In this document: positions 36,593 to 49,460 of the stretch, one piece after another
Layout of the letters: each line of letters begins with the position of its first letter
Position numbering within the stretch: position 1 is the stretch's first letter
NCBI GenBank assembly: GCA_051294905.1
Contig: CM119378.1
Coordinates: forward strand, 4,032,001 to 4,096,000
Origin: Botryllus schlosseri
Lineage: Eukaryota
Length of the DNA: 64,000 nucleotides
Direction: 5' to 3'
The notes under the pieces: model-generated
Database searches by the model: none
Told to the model about the DNA's origin: nothing
Seen by the model: the letters and a program-made list of their open reading frames with translations, nothing else
Translations under genes and position numbers: made by a program

Positions 36593-39500
36593 GACTCAGA
36601 GTCATTGCAATGTGGCTTATTGGTATTGTTATCGGGTGACATTCGATCTGCATCAAAATTACCGGCTATGATAATGTCTGTGGATCGAAGGCTTACTCCC
36701 CGATGTTTGTATACCAACACATTGCATGCAATGTCACACACCTCCATTTACGCGTATACTGTTGTGGGCAAACAAGCGCGACGTATGTCTGGATGGTATT
36801 TTTTCGTGGAATGTAACATGTTTACTTTGAATATTGTTCATTGGTTTATCGATTCAGAGTTGATATCCGGATCCGGTTACATACTTTATCAGGGTTTCCG
36901 ATTTCAATCTGAATGTCGAGACATACATTGACCAATAAAGACACAATATAGTAAACATGCGGGGGGGAAAACTCGACCTGGAATTGTTATCGCGATGGGT
37001 GACATAAATCCAACCGTCTTCCGAACCCCGTTATCCACATACCAACCATCGTCGAGGAGGTGTTTTATTCAGACATTTTGACTCTGGAAAATCCAAAGCA
37101 CGAACCCGGACATCACAGAACTATCGAAGCCTATTGTCCAATTTTCCAAAACATGCATTTCGGTGTACAAGAGGATATTGCATGCGGGTAACCGATGATA
37201 TTGATGGGCTGCATCAGCACAAGTGAATATGCGATTACACAAATGTATTGGAGTTGTTGTTGGTGTATATTTTGTCGCTATCCGTTGTAACAATATACAA
37301 AAATATCAAATTGTCAGGTGTGTTTGTCAGATTTCAAAATGAAAATGGTTTTGTTACTCTAGGAAAAGCTAGATGACCAAGAGAAAATGTATTGTTACAC
37401 TGGGTAAACGCCAGATCCCCCAAAGGAAAATGATATTTTTATCCAGGTAAATAACGGACCACCAAGTGAAAAAGGTTTGTAACCCAGGGAAAAATATATT
37501 TCCAAGCGAAAAAGGTTTGTTACCTGGGGAAAAATATATTTCCAAGTGAAAAAGGTTTGTTACCCAGGGAAAAAATAGATTTCAAAGTGAAAAAGGTTTC
37601 TTACTCTGGGAAAAAATAGATTTCCAAGTGAAAATGATATGTTTAGCCAGGTAAACGACGGACTGCCAAGTGAAAACGGTATTGGTACTCAGGTAAATGA
37701 TAGTTTTCCAAACGAAAAGGGTTTGTTACCCAGGGAGAAAATATATTTTTAAAAGACAATGATTAGTTACTCTAGGTAAAAGTATTTTTCCAAGTGAAAA
37801 TAGTTTTTTGTTGTAGGAAAAAAAAATAGATTTGTAAACGACAAGGGTTTGTTACTCTAGGAAAGGATAGATCGCCAAGTGAAAATGATAATTTTACACA
37901 GGTAAACGTCAGTTGTCCAAACCCGTATGATATTTTTGACTTGGGTAGGTATCTTGCGTTCAACGCTGGTAGTGTGATTGGTCTTGTTAAACGTAGTTGC
38001 CGAGTTGTACAATATACTTTTCGTGCGTGTACAATTACGAAGGGGTGGCAAATGAAATTGCTATTATGATCGTCAGAAGATTGTTGTTGTTTGTTGATTT
38101 GATTTGTCGGAGTAGCAAACCTATCATTCGCATATGACAAGAAAAATCATTACCGCGAATACATGTAACTGGCTCGCTCGGTCTCGACCAATGCAAAATA
38201 GATGATTCGTTTTTTGAAACCGTAGCGAAGACCACATGTAAATCGATGCGATAGACTTCTATCCCCTTACATTCAGTCGTGTCGTGTCCGTTTTAATATT
38301 TCTTGACTACATCGGAATGTCTATGTTGTAGAAAGTAAATACTTTTATGGAGTTGTGTGTTTAATGAAAGCGATTGGTTACAAGTATGTGTTGGGGAAAG
38401 AAAATTTATTTTTCTGTATGTGACGAAATGAAAATAAATTCGTGGTTTTAATTGAATTGTGACTGTGTTGTTTTAATGCACTTTTCAACAGGTAGACTTG
38501 ACACTGAACAACAATTCGACTCACAAAAAATGTTTGTTGTATGATTTGTCACCGGTGTGCAAAGGGTTAGGAATATTTTTGATTTACTGCTATGGCATTG
38601 ACATAACCCTCTGAAAGTGAGTATGCTTTTCTTTCACGAAAGTTTACGTGGCTCTGTTGTAATAAATTTGTGTTAACTAAACTCGGATGGATACCACAAT
38701 TGTGCTGGCCTTGCACCACCAATCATTCTATAGGTTTGTAGCATGAGCGAATATTTTCGTGCATCATGAATATCTTTCGTATACACTTAGTATGAAATGA
38801 GATGTGTGGAACAATAACTAGTGTCGTACTTAGTGTTGTGTTTGATTGCTTACTTTTTATCAATGTCTTTGTGATGTTAAAAGACGACTGAGTTTTCATT
38901 TACATTAAGCGGAGAAACTCATGTAATAAATTTTACTCATTTGAAAATCGACTCGCGTGAAAATACCGATCAATGGAGTAGCAATATCAATATGGGTGGT
39001 ATATTATTTTTCGTGATATGCACCAACCTTCTAAGTATAACTTTTCAAAAATTTATCATGTCATAGAAAAGTTGGTTTTTATGAAATCGAAACAAATATA
39101 CTTCGATTATCACGACAAAGGAATTGAGATCAACGCAGTATTTCGAAATGGTATGTTCTGCAATCGCTAAATATCAAACTGTGCATACAACTCGGTTAGG
39201 TAAACGACCCAGTTACAAGGCGGATGTATTCTTGATGTACAGATGGCAGTCTGATGATGTAAAGCTCAACCACTCTAGCGATTCGAAGCAATTGTACTTC
39301 GATTATTATGATGATGGAAATTACGATCAACGGAGTATTTCGAAGTGACTGTGTATCGTTCGGTATGTTCACCAATCGCTAAATGTCGGTTAATTAAACG
39401 ATACAAATGCCAGCTTGATGATGGCAAAGCTCAACCACGCAAATGTGTTCATTGCAAAGTATATTTGACACAAACAAAATATCGAATGGAGACCATCACA

Positions 39501-42500
39501 TTGGTTTCATTTCGAGTGAGTGAAAATTGTTTTCTGTTGGCCAGGTAGGACACATTTGACAAACATCGTGCACATTGTATCTTCGTGATGGTAACGACTT
39601 TCAGCGGCTTGGTTTCATGTCGGGAATTATGATTTGGGGGTTCAAAAACAATCAATACTACAAATGAACAACAATGCAAAACACGTTTAGCAAATAACAG
39701 TGTGGCAAGTACTTTTTCGATATTACGATTGTTGTGTACCAGACACTTCTAGTTGAATTGAATGCATCTAACAAACATATCACAATTTACTTTTGTAATG
39801 ATCAAAGTATGTGAAATGGTGCGAACGGATTAGGTATTATTCAAGCGGCGGTATGTCAATTCACCTAGTGTGATATCTTGACACCGGGTAATGCGCGAAA
39901 GTGTTTCAATTCTCACCGCGGATTATGATGATAAAGTATTGTACCGGTTGTTAATCAGCAAACGAAATTGTCGTTTCATCTTTAGTCTTGGGTACTGGAA
40001 ATATTTTCTGATATCCGCAATACGCAGAGTGATTTTTACCAAGGTGGAGTAATTTTCCTATCAAGAACATTTCAGACTTACATAGTTTTACAGCTTAATG
40101 TGTTAATAACATTGGTACTGAAAAGTTTGTTGCTGTCATAACATTTACCATAACGCCGGGTCTAATTAACGCAAATAATTTAATAATAAAGTAATGATCA
40201 ACTATTACAAATCTCATATGTCAAATCAATGTGTCAATCTTATGTTCACAGCATGATAACTTTGAATATAACACCATTGTTCGATTGTAAGAAATGAATT
40301 CTCAACTACGTTGGTCGGACTTTCAAATCTCGTATACTCAAACATATTATGTTAATCTCAAGTCGCCGATACTGAGAAGTAATTACTTTTGTCTTACAAA
40401 ATATACCGGGTAGTAATTAGTTTGTCTTGCAGAATATACCGCGTAGTAATTCCTCTATCTTACAGAATAGTAACGACTTTTCAAGCTGAATAAAAAAAGA
40501 TGTGTAGGGATATGAATACAACCAAGCTTGTTATGGATTTTAGGTTTTAGTGATTGTATGGATTCGTGTATGTTTGGCTGTTTTTCATACTGATACTGTT
40601 TGAGTTGGTTGGGTAACGGATTTACTTGACAATGTTTTCGTGGTTGACTCTTTGAGTATGGTAAGATGGTGAGATGTCGAGACGTAATACTATTTCCGTA
40701 CACTCAATTACAACAAAACATAACCCGCATTCAAATAAGCCGTAAGCTACAAGTGGATTTAAAACTTGATGCTGTTTTGTGGTTGACTCAAGTCAGTAGT
40801 CATGTTTGTGTTGATTTCGGGAATGATCATGACGAGTTGGTCGGGTAAATTAGGTAATGTGGTTGTAACTATAACCGTAAAGAGATGCTGACATCCCAAT
40901 ATCTTTTACGCTGTCGTATATGGATTCAATTGTGATAATTTAATTCTCAGTTATTGTTCTGACACTCAAATCTCGTATACTCAAAATATAATATGCCCAA
41001 GTCAAATCGTATATGCACCGATTAGTAAATACTCTGTCTTACAGAATAGTATAACGACCTTTACAGTTGGATAAAAATTATCGGTCCTATGAATACAACC
41101 AGATGAATTAATTCAAGTTTGCGAGTTGTACTGATATAGCCAAGTAAGTGAAAACTAGATTTTAAACACTTGTTAATGTTGTGAATAATTCTTTTGAGTA
41201 TGGTAAGATGTTAAAATGTCTCTTTGACAAACGGAAAGCTGGATCGGGAATAGAGTTGTAATGTTACATTACTTGTTTCAAATCAATGTGTGTATAATAT
41301 CGAAACGGGACTGTGGGGAAGTTGCTAGTCATGTTTGTCAATCCTATCTCAATGCACACTACGCCAAAGTCAAAATAATCGGTTTCGGATTAGGATTTTA
41401 CAATTATTTCACACCTTTTTGAATAAGCGTCAACTTCACAGAGGATTAGGGTTGGGTCAGAAATAAGTGAAAATTTGTCGGTATTCGAATCACCGGCTAC
41501 GCCGGTTCTATGGTAAACTAATTACTAAAGTAACACCTTGCGACTGATTACTAGATTTAGCAAACTATTTCGCACTTCAGCGCACAGGTCATTCGAAATA
41601 TAGGGCGCGCGCGTAATCCTCACAACAAGCCGTGTTCGCAAAACGGATGTAGTTAGTGGGTCGCACATATCAAAACGCAAGCGCAAACATCTGTTTTCAA
41701 AATCACACAATGTACTGCGGTTTAGTGAATTTCTCGTCGGAAATAAGTGACAATTTGTTGCTATTCAAGTTACCCACACTGATGGTTCTGATAGTCGGTA
41801 TTTATTAAATCTTACCAGTGAAATCTAGTTCTGTGACAAACTGATTACTAAAATTTCACCGCGTGAGCGATCGGTATGGCTATGACACCAAGTCGTGAAA
41901 GATGGGTATGTCCGAGACATTATCTCGTCAGTGATCGCGGGGTTTTGCAAACTATTTCACACCTTTTTGAATAAGCGTTAACTTCACAAAGGATTACGGC
42001 TAGAATAGAAATAAGTGACAATTTGTTGGTATTCAAGTCTCGCCGGTGATGTATCTGTTATTCGGCACTTATTACACTTATCATGAAATTAGAGTGAGAA
42101 CATAAAGCGTCAAGTTGTTGTTTTCGAATTTTGATGTCGAGGTGATAAATTTACGCATTCAATTACAATTCAACTTCGGTTGTGTATTGAGTGATAGATC
42201 GATTTGCCGGAAGTGGTATCTTGTGAGCGATCGTAGGATTTTACAAATATTTCACATCTTTTTGAAGTGTTAGTTTGCGAACGCGACTATTGTTGATATT
42301 CGAATCGCCGTCTGTCGCACGCACTGCGTAAATCCTCACAACAAGCCACGTTTCCGTTTGTGCGGTTATTGTTGGCGACTCGTACATATTCAACACCGCG
42401 CGAGAGATACCTGAAAGTACGAATCACGACCGCGCCCATAAGAACACATGGTGAATCACCACAGAACCCGTAAGAATACACGACAGGCGAATCGCCGCCA

Positions 42501-42877
42501 CCGCCTATAGCAAAAAAGGCGAGTCACGACCACGAGTTTTCACGGCGAATCACGACCGCGGCCTATACCCGAAAAGGCGAATCACGACCGCACCCATAAG
42601 AACACATGGCGAATCGCGGCCCCGCCATAAGACACAATAGCCGCTCACGACCACCGCCATAAGATATAAAAGCCGCTCACCACCCCCGGTTTTCCAGCCG
42701 CTCACGACCCCCGCCATAAGAAATAAGAGCCGCTCACCACCCCCGCCATAAGACACAATAGCCGCTCGCCACCCCGCCATAAGGTATAAGGAGCCGCTCG
42801 CCACCCCCGGTTTTCCAGCCGCTCGCCACCCCGCCATAAGCGCCCAAGGCACACCCAGACCGATCGACTACACTACT
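36593..42877 (-). repeat. Right arm of the 6,285-bp inverted repeat
   Basis: Reverse complement of 25575-31859 with a constant offset, so no net indel. Confidence 0.97.
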
Positions 42878-43549
42878 GACGGTTATATCCTTGACGAGTG
42901 TCAGCCGACGATATTCGGGTTTATTGCAATGTGAATATATGTTTCAATTGTATATTGAAGTTCTGTACCTCCATGAATGTTTTCCTATTGGAAAGGCCTG
43001 ACAGTTATTATACTAAAATCTGCTGTGTTGTACGGGTTTTCATGGGAGATTTCACGTTTTCCAACACCCACTTCATCATTATACTGAACTACACGGAATG
43101 AAAATAATGCGCCACGCAGTGTTAAATTCCCGTGATTCGTATCGACTTCACCGAAATGTGGACAATGTTAATAGGACCGAATACTATTCGACTTAGGTGC
43201 GTGTGCACGCTTCAGTGCTATAGCGAGTTGGTATGAATTACACATCACTAAAGTTTTCAGTTCGACAAGCTACTCTGTCATGTGTTACTCTTGCTTATTG
43301 AGTTTAGCTTGCCGTCATATATAGATTAATTCTAGCCATTGAACCGTGTATCATATTGAGATAGCTTATACATCGTGGATGAAATGCGGATATTATGTTG
43401 CAGCGATTCATCCGCGAGGATGAATGGGCAATGGGAATGTGCGTCAAGTGTATATGGAAACAAACGTTATCCGGGGAGATACAAGCATTTATCCTATACA
43501 TCTATTTATTGACTTCATATTGCTTTACCTAGTATGTTGCCATGGCTAC

Positions 43550-43773
43550 TGTCTTTGTTATATATTTGTGTTTATTATTTTCTTCTATTTGTGATTATTA
43601 TTTTCTTTCATGTTGCAGACCGTCCACTGTTATATTTATTGGGATGAGTGCACTTGATTATTTCACTGCCATGGAGGTGACGAGTATAACAAGGCGTTTA
43701 TAGGCCATATCGTCACCTCCAGTCAACTTTTTATGTTTGACGAAGCAATAAAATGTCTGTCTGTCTGTCTGTC
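43550..43773 (+). mobile_element. 3' end of a different LINE or SINE (stem-loop, poly(A) signal, (TGTC)n tail)
   Basis: 12-bp stem TGGAGGTGACGA/TCGTCACCTCCA (43672-43721), AATAAA at 43747 and (TGTC)5 at 43754-43773. The 5' limit is undefined. Confidence 0.55.
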
Positions 43774-44673
43774 CCGACAGATTCATGAGTGAAGAGCCAG
43801 TCATGCACCCTCGTTTCATGTCTCGAGGATTCGATATTAATTTTATGACTAATCATCGGTACTCACGTCTACACGTATGCATTGTACTGGGCCTATATGA
43901 TAAGTTACGTAAGTCGATAGTACTTAAATGTCTTACAATTTCAAGTATTTTTACAAAGACGCTAGAGCGCCAACACTGTCCAGGGGATATTCTTCGATAT
44001 CCAGCAAACCATATTCAGATCACGTAATATTTCGTTAAGATGCTTGTCATAACTTAGTTCCACGCAGCGTCGAATCCAGATAGTCTTTTGTTGGTGTAGT
44101 CAAAGCTCCCGGAGACGGAAGGACTCGCTTCAACACTAGGAAATTTTATCAGTCACGGTTGGATAACGATGAATTTAATTTGGTTCGCATTCTTTCGCGA
44201 TCTGTTACGACCTTGTCGGGATCTAGTGTGCATTACTCTCCCTCTACTGCAAATGATCTGCAGGGATCATTCCTTGTGTAGTAATCATCTTACTGGTATC
44301 TCGAACATTACCTGAGATATTTCGTCCGAATTCAGATTCCTGGTAGCAATATAATATTCACATGAACGTAGCAACGGAAGTGGCTACTGCCACGTCGCAC
44401 GCAGCTCTTATCTCCGACGATTTCGGCAGCAGGAATACTTACAACAGACACGCAAGATACCTGTATCTGCCGAAAGAAAAGTTTGTGAAGAATGAGAATG
44501 AGGAGGTGAGTACGCTGTCCACTATCGCCTAACGCCAACTAGTGATGGGCGTGATAAATAACTATGCTACATATTAGCTGTCATCCAAGTGATGACATAA
44601 TAATGGTGTTAAAACTCAACCTATTGTGATGACGAGGTCATTAGTGGATGAAAATATATGTTATACTTGGTAT

Positions 44674-45897
44674 CAGTGGTGCCACTCCTAGTGTTTTAAC
44701 ACTAGATCTAGTGTTTTTTCGGTCGTCCTAGTGTTCTCGTGTTTTTTTTCGCAAAATTTTGCTAATCTAGTGTTTTTCTGCAACTATATGCAAATAATTA
44801 ATATTCTAACGTTAGACTACTAAATTATACGCTATATTTCTCGCTAATGAGGCGATTTGGTGTATCTGGCTCTGTTTGTTTTCAACAATTCGATGTGGTG
44901 GTGCAGTAACAAGCAATTATTACGTAACAGGGTGCGGTGTGAATCCGTACTTATGAGCGAAAGTCTCCGAAAAAATGAAGAGCGATTTCGCTCTGATGCT
45001 CTGTCGTTTCTTGTTGAACTCAGACTGCAGATTCGGGCAAGATTTTCATTTGCCGAGACAGACACACAGTTTTATTGAACAAAATTGCAATAAAAATATA
45101 ATTCAGGCTGCAGCGATACGATCCTTCGGAAATCCTGCGGATCATCCAGCCCGCTGCATTGATGGAACTCGTGCTAATTAAGCATTGTTCAATTCGCGTC
45201 TCGCGTCATCAATAAATATTTAAAAATGTAAGCAGGCTGAAGAATAGTAAGAAGAAGAATAGTAAAATCAATCATTCTTCTAGCTGTGCAATTTCCCTCT
45301 GTGATATTATTTGATGAACTTGAACTTTGGCAAGATCGCAAAATGAGCTGCAGGTTATCAGTCAATGCCCTGCAACAGAATTTTTGAAATTGAAATCTGT
45401 GCACAATGGATTCGGTGAATCAAAAATTCCATTTACTGGGGAAGCTCATGACGAATCTCTTGGCATTGCCACATTCCACTGCATTCGTGGAATTGGAGTA
45501 TGCTGCACATGGAAACCTCCCCATTTTTTGATTGAAGATGTGGGTAGAGAGCAAGGTGCCCCACAAAAGGTACTTATGCAGCTTTTGATGGGTGCTGTAC
45601 AATCGAAAGAAAATTTTCATGATGCCGCACAATGCGAAAGCGACAAATTTGATTTTTTTGCGCTGTTGAATTCGTTTCATTAATTTTCGTTGAATAATCA
45701 TGCAGGATATCATGCATATGTATCGAATTCATGGGTGGAACACTTCTTATCTGTGGATTTGTACCTTGGTCATCATGATTACTTGTCAAGGGCAAATTTT
45801 TCCTGCAATTTACTAATCTAGTGTTTTTTTTCGCCAATCTAGTGTTTTTTCACGACATAATCTTGTGTTTTTCCGGGAACCTAGAGTGGCAACACTG
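44674..45897. mobile_element. hAT (Tip100-like) element inserted into the left junction of family A copy 2
   Basis: TIRs CAGTGGTGCCACT and AGTGGCAACACTG, subterminal CTAGTGTT repeats and a perfect TSD CTTGGTAT. Confidence 0.85.
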
Positions 45898-45904
45898 CTT
45901 GGTA

Positions 45905-47505
45905 TAGGGATGGTGTGAACGTGAGGTTCACGTTCGCGTTCTGTGTGTGAACCTCGGAAATTTAGAGGTTCGCGTTCACAACAGAACCTTGGTAGGTTCT
46001 ACACTGTGAACCTTTTTCATATATTACAATTTTCACTTCATTACAACATCTTTGGTTCATATTTATTGCATTTCAACTGCGGGCCACTCTATACATGGCG
46101 CTGGCAGCATTAAAAATCAACACTAAACAAGCATGCACCTTGACAATCTCAAATGTTTTACTTGCTTTGTTACAAAAGTTTGCTCGAAATATCCAGGTTT
46201 CCGTTTGTGAATATTGAGTGACTCTCTGTTGTGAGTTTGACCCGCATTCAAAAACATCACGAGCAATATGCGTACTTGCGTAGTCAGCGAATTATGCTTA
46301 TTCAACCAATCAATGAAGTTGATACCGTTTTCTGATGAAAAAAAATCTAGCAGGCGTACGGGGTCAATCTTGACTTCATATCTTTACTACATCAATAAAA
46401 CCAAATCCATACGATTGAGGTGTTGGCCACTGCTGTGTTGTGTATAACTTGTTAATGGGGTAATATTTGAAGCGAGTATAGAAACCTGTTTTACACTCAG
46501 CTCAATATCAATGTAGCGATACTCAGACGCCGAATACATTGTCCGGTCTGGTCTCGACCGTTAAGGCGTAAGTTTATGTTCCCTGGTAAGTCCTCGTCGA
46601 AATTGTTGGCAAAGCGACGGAAGATATTGATTTTATGAGAGTATTATATCCTTTAATTGCCTCAGTTGATACATTTAGGGTGAAGACAATAAAGTTGGAT
46701 TAGCAATAAAGTTGATTAGCGCGTTCGTCAGGATTTATCTACCCAGGATTAAGGAAACCGGTTGATCGCGGCGCATAAAGTTAGTGTTAATCTCATGATT
46801 TAACAAACTGGAACAACTGTAGATTTCTAGTTATCTATAGAAACTGCGTACCATTCCTACGTCTAATTATTCCGGATAATGACCGTGACTATTGTCTCCT
46901 AGGTTATCGCTTCACTAAACAATCAACGAATTATGTATTCCTACCCGCCATTGCAAAGCGATATCCGTTTCTTAGCTGTACCGTACGAATTGGACACGAC
47001 TTTCATTTCGCGATGATGATAATTCTACCTGTTACAGTGGCAGTACCGTCATTAGCAGGCTGCTGCTTCATTCACCAACTAGCAGCCTACGTATAACGCA
47101 TTTTCGGATTATGATGCAACAGATAACGTCACTTGATTGTAAACTCGGGACACCGCGACTAATCATCGCGCGTAACCTTCTCCAACTTCATGCGCACCGA
47201 TTAGCAGTATTTAATCACACGATTAGCATTCTTTCGGATCAGCTAACTTTATTATCTCCACCCTCGGGGACATTTAAAACACCAATATGTAGGCCTACTT
47301 CGGAAATGTGGCATTATGTGGCCCGAGTCGTCGGTAGGTATCGTGTACATTAATATAGGCTATCACATCATCGAAAGATAGGGTTGGAATTAGCAATATG
47401 ACGTCACGTGACGTCATGAGGTTCACGTTCGTGTTCACACAGAACCTTTCAAAAAGGTTCGCGTTCACACGAACCTGAACCTTTCAGAGGTTCACACCAT
47501 CCCTA
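45905..47505. mobile_element. Family A copy 2, with a nested MITE
   Basis: Collinear with 3907-4904. Its original TSD ACTTGGTA is at 44665-44672 and 47506-47513. Confidence 0.9.
46677..47264. mobile_element. MITE nested in family A copy 2 (superfamily uncertain, possibly PIF/Harbinger)
   Basis: Absent from copy 1 at ~4670; 20-bp imperfect TIRs AGGGTGAAGACAATAAAGTT and AACTTTATTATCTCCACCCT. Confidence 0.75.
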
Positions 47506-47696
47506 ACTTGGTAGTGTTCGTGTCTGCTTGCTGTGGCGACTATTTATGATTGGCAACAATGAGTGGATTTTGATTTTTGAGAATCCGAGTCTGTCCAACA
47601 GCTTGAGTATCTGAGGAACAATTCCTCTTTATCCGAAGAACATCGTCCAACAATCCAGGAAATCGTTACCGAATAGCTTTGTCGAAGAATCCTAAT

Positions 47697-49206
47697 CAGT
47701 GATTCCCAACCGCGGCCCCGAAGGCCGCATGCGGCCCGTAGATAGCCTTCTTGCGGCCCCCACAAAATATTAGGAAATCGCGTATTGACAAGAAATAAAA
47801 TTTTATATTTATAAAATGCACGTACTTGGCTTGGAGTCTGGAGTTTTTAATTAGGATTGCAGGAAAGTCGTGAGTAGACCGCTAACGTGACGTCGCTGCT
47901 GTTTCAATGCAATGTGCCCTAACTTTCCAGTTGGACGAGCAGTACTATATATATAGGTATAGACAGGACCATAAATGCGGCACGCCACACCCTCCAATTG
48001 GGGGGGGGGGTGCTAGTTCGAAGGGGCTCAAAATTATTTCGTCATATTAAGTTTTACACCATGTAACATGCGACTCCAAGAAGTATGTCAGAACGATTGG
48101 CAGCGAGAAACCTTGGCCGTAAAGGACTGCCCTTATGCTGACCGAAGCTTCGTTATATATACAAAATACTCTCTCGGCAATCTGAACCTCACAAGACACA
48201 TATCATCCCGCAGGAACAAATTATATTTCAGTGAAGAAATACCAATTTGAAATAGTGTGCGTCTCTTAGTTTAGTAGCCTACGGTTGGGCTATTCTATAT
48301 TTTTTGATATAGCAGACAGGAGGTCACGAAATAACATCATGTTACGGGGTCATATCAACGGATTCTACAGTGTCCAAGACACCTCACATAGCTCTACCGG
48401 TAAATATGATTACGTGAGCAGCGAGGACAAGAAATTGATAGCAATATATATGCAATTTCCAATAATATTGACCGATTTTATCATAAATTATAGAAAATTT
48501 CGCGCTTGGCGCTGACTCACTTAACGGTACAGCTAATTTCGTGGTAAAAGCGAACAAGGTGATAGGGGTAGGGTTTTCACTCTAGTTTTGTTTTGGGTGG
48601 GAGGGGGCTCACGAAGTGCTCTTTCGTTCCTGCCAACGGATATACGCCCGGAGATGTTTAATTATTATTGAGGGGTCCTACCTTTTTAAACACAACTCCG
48701 TCGGCTCTACCTGTAAAACTGATTACGTGAGCAGAGAGAGGATAAAAATTGATAGCAATATTTATGCGATTCCCGATCATATTGACCAATTCAATTATGA
48801 ATTACAGAAAATTTTCGCGCTTCGCGCGTTTAGCTAATAAAAGCTGACTCACTAAATGTCCCCGAAAGCAACATAATTGGTAGTCCTGCAGCTCACGACC
48901 CAAGCGCCCGAATAATTTGAAAGTTACTGTCGTACTGATTCCAAAAATACGAATCGAAATCTCGTCAGGGCAATAAAACTGCTCCGAAATAGCCACCAAA
49001 GGTCGATTGCTCTGACCAATGGAGCGCAGCAACACAATGACGATAACAATGGCCAATGGCTTCGAGCGATTGATCGGAACAATGCCAATTTTTATATTTT
49101 GATGACTATTTTGGGTCCGTTTCATTGCCCTGGTATTCGTGCGGCCCCGACCGTGCTCTGAAATTCTAAATTTGACCCCGACACCGAAAAAGGTAGGGAA
49201 CCGCTG
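47697..49206. mobile_element. hAT (Charlie-type) element carrying a family B fragment
   Basis: TIRs CAGTGATTCCCAACC and GGTAGGGAACCGCTG; perfect TSD ATCCTAAT. Confidence 0.85.
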
Positions 49207-49460
49207 ATCCTAATTGTACAGCTGAGCTGAGATACAGTTATGACATGGACTTTATATGAAATACGATCTGTATCCGTTCCGACTGACACAAAATTGCGCA
49301 AAATCCAGTTCGAATCCTATCATAATCCAAATAATGGTAGTGGAATGTCATTCATGTTATAAAAAATGCCACTGGATACCTCGTAGATCTCACACGGCAG
49401 TCACTAGATGTCGCTGATGGACTACAGTAGATGCGACTACTTTTGAACACATTTCCATTC

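Larger units (their letters stand above)
25575..42877. mobile_element. Giant palindromic non-autonomous Polinton/Maverick-like element (17,303 bp; two 6,285-bp inverted arms; 6-bp TSD GACGGT)
   Basis: Begins AGTAGTGTAGTCGATCG and ends CGATCGACTACACTACT. GACGGT occurs at 25569-25574 and 42878-42883. Every mirrored ORF pair has coordinates summing to 68452. The Polinton assignment rests on the termini and TSD length only. Confidence 0.85.

Noticed and set aside
25575..42877. Giant inverted repeat as a fold-back read or assembly artefact
   Set aside because: It has exact TSDs at both outer ends, the joined flanks match two uninterrupted paralogues, the spacer is unique and the arms differ at two or more sites. 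Read-level confirmation is still needed.
25170..43310. Faint RT-like words in the flanks (SSEIRQG, LYINN, SADDIRVY, DLGA..SW..HI) suggesting insertion into an ancient LINE
   Set aside because: Spacing and frames are inconsistent, and the ADD-like word lies in the short dispersed repeat also seen at 15.2 and 17.3 kb. Not supportable without a profile search.
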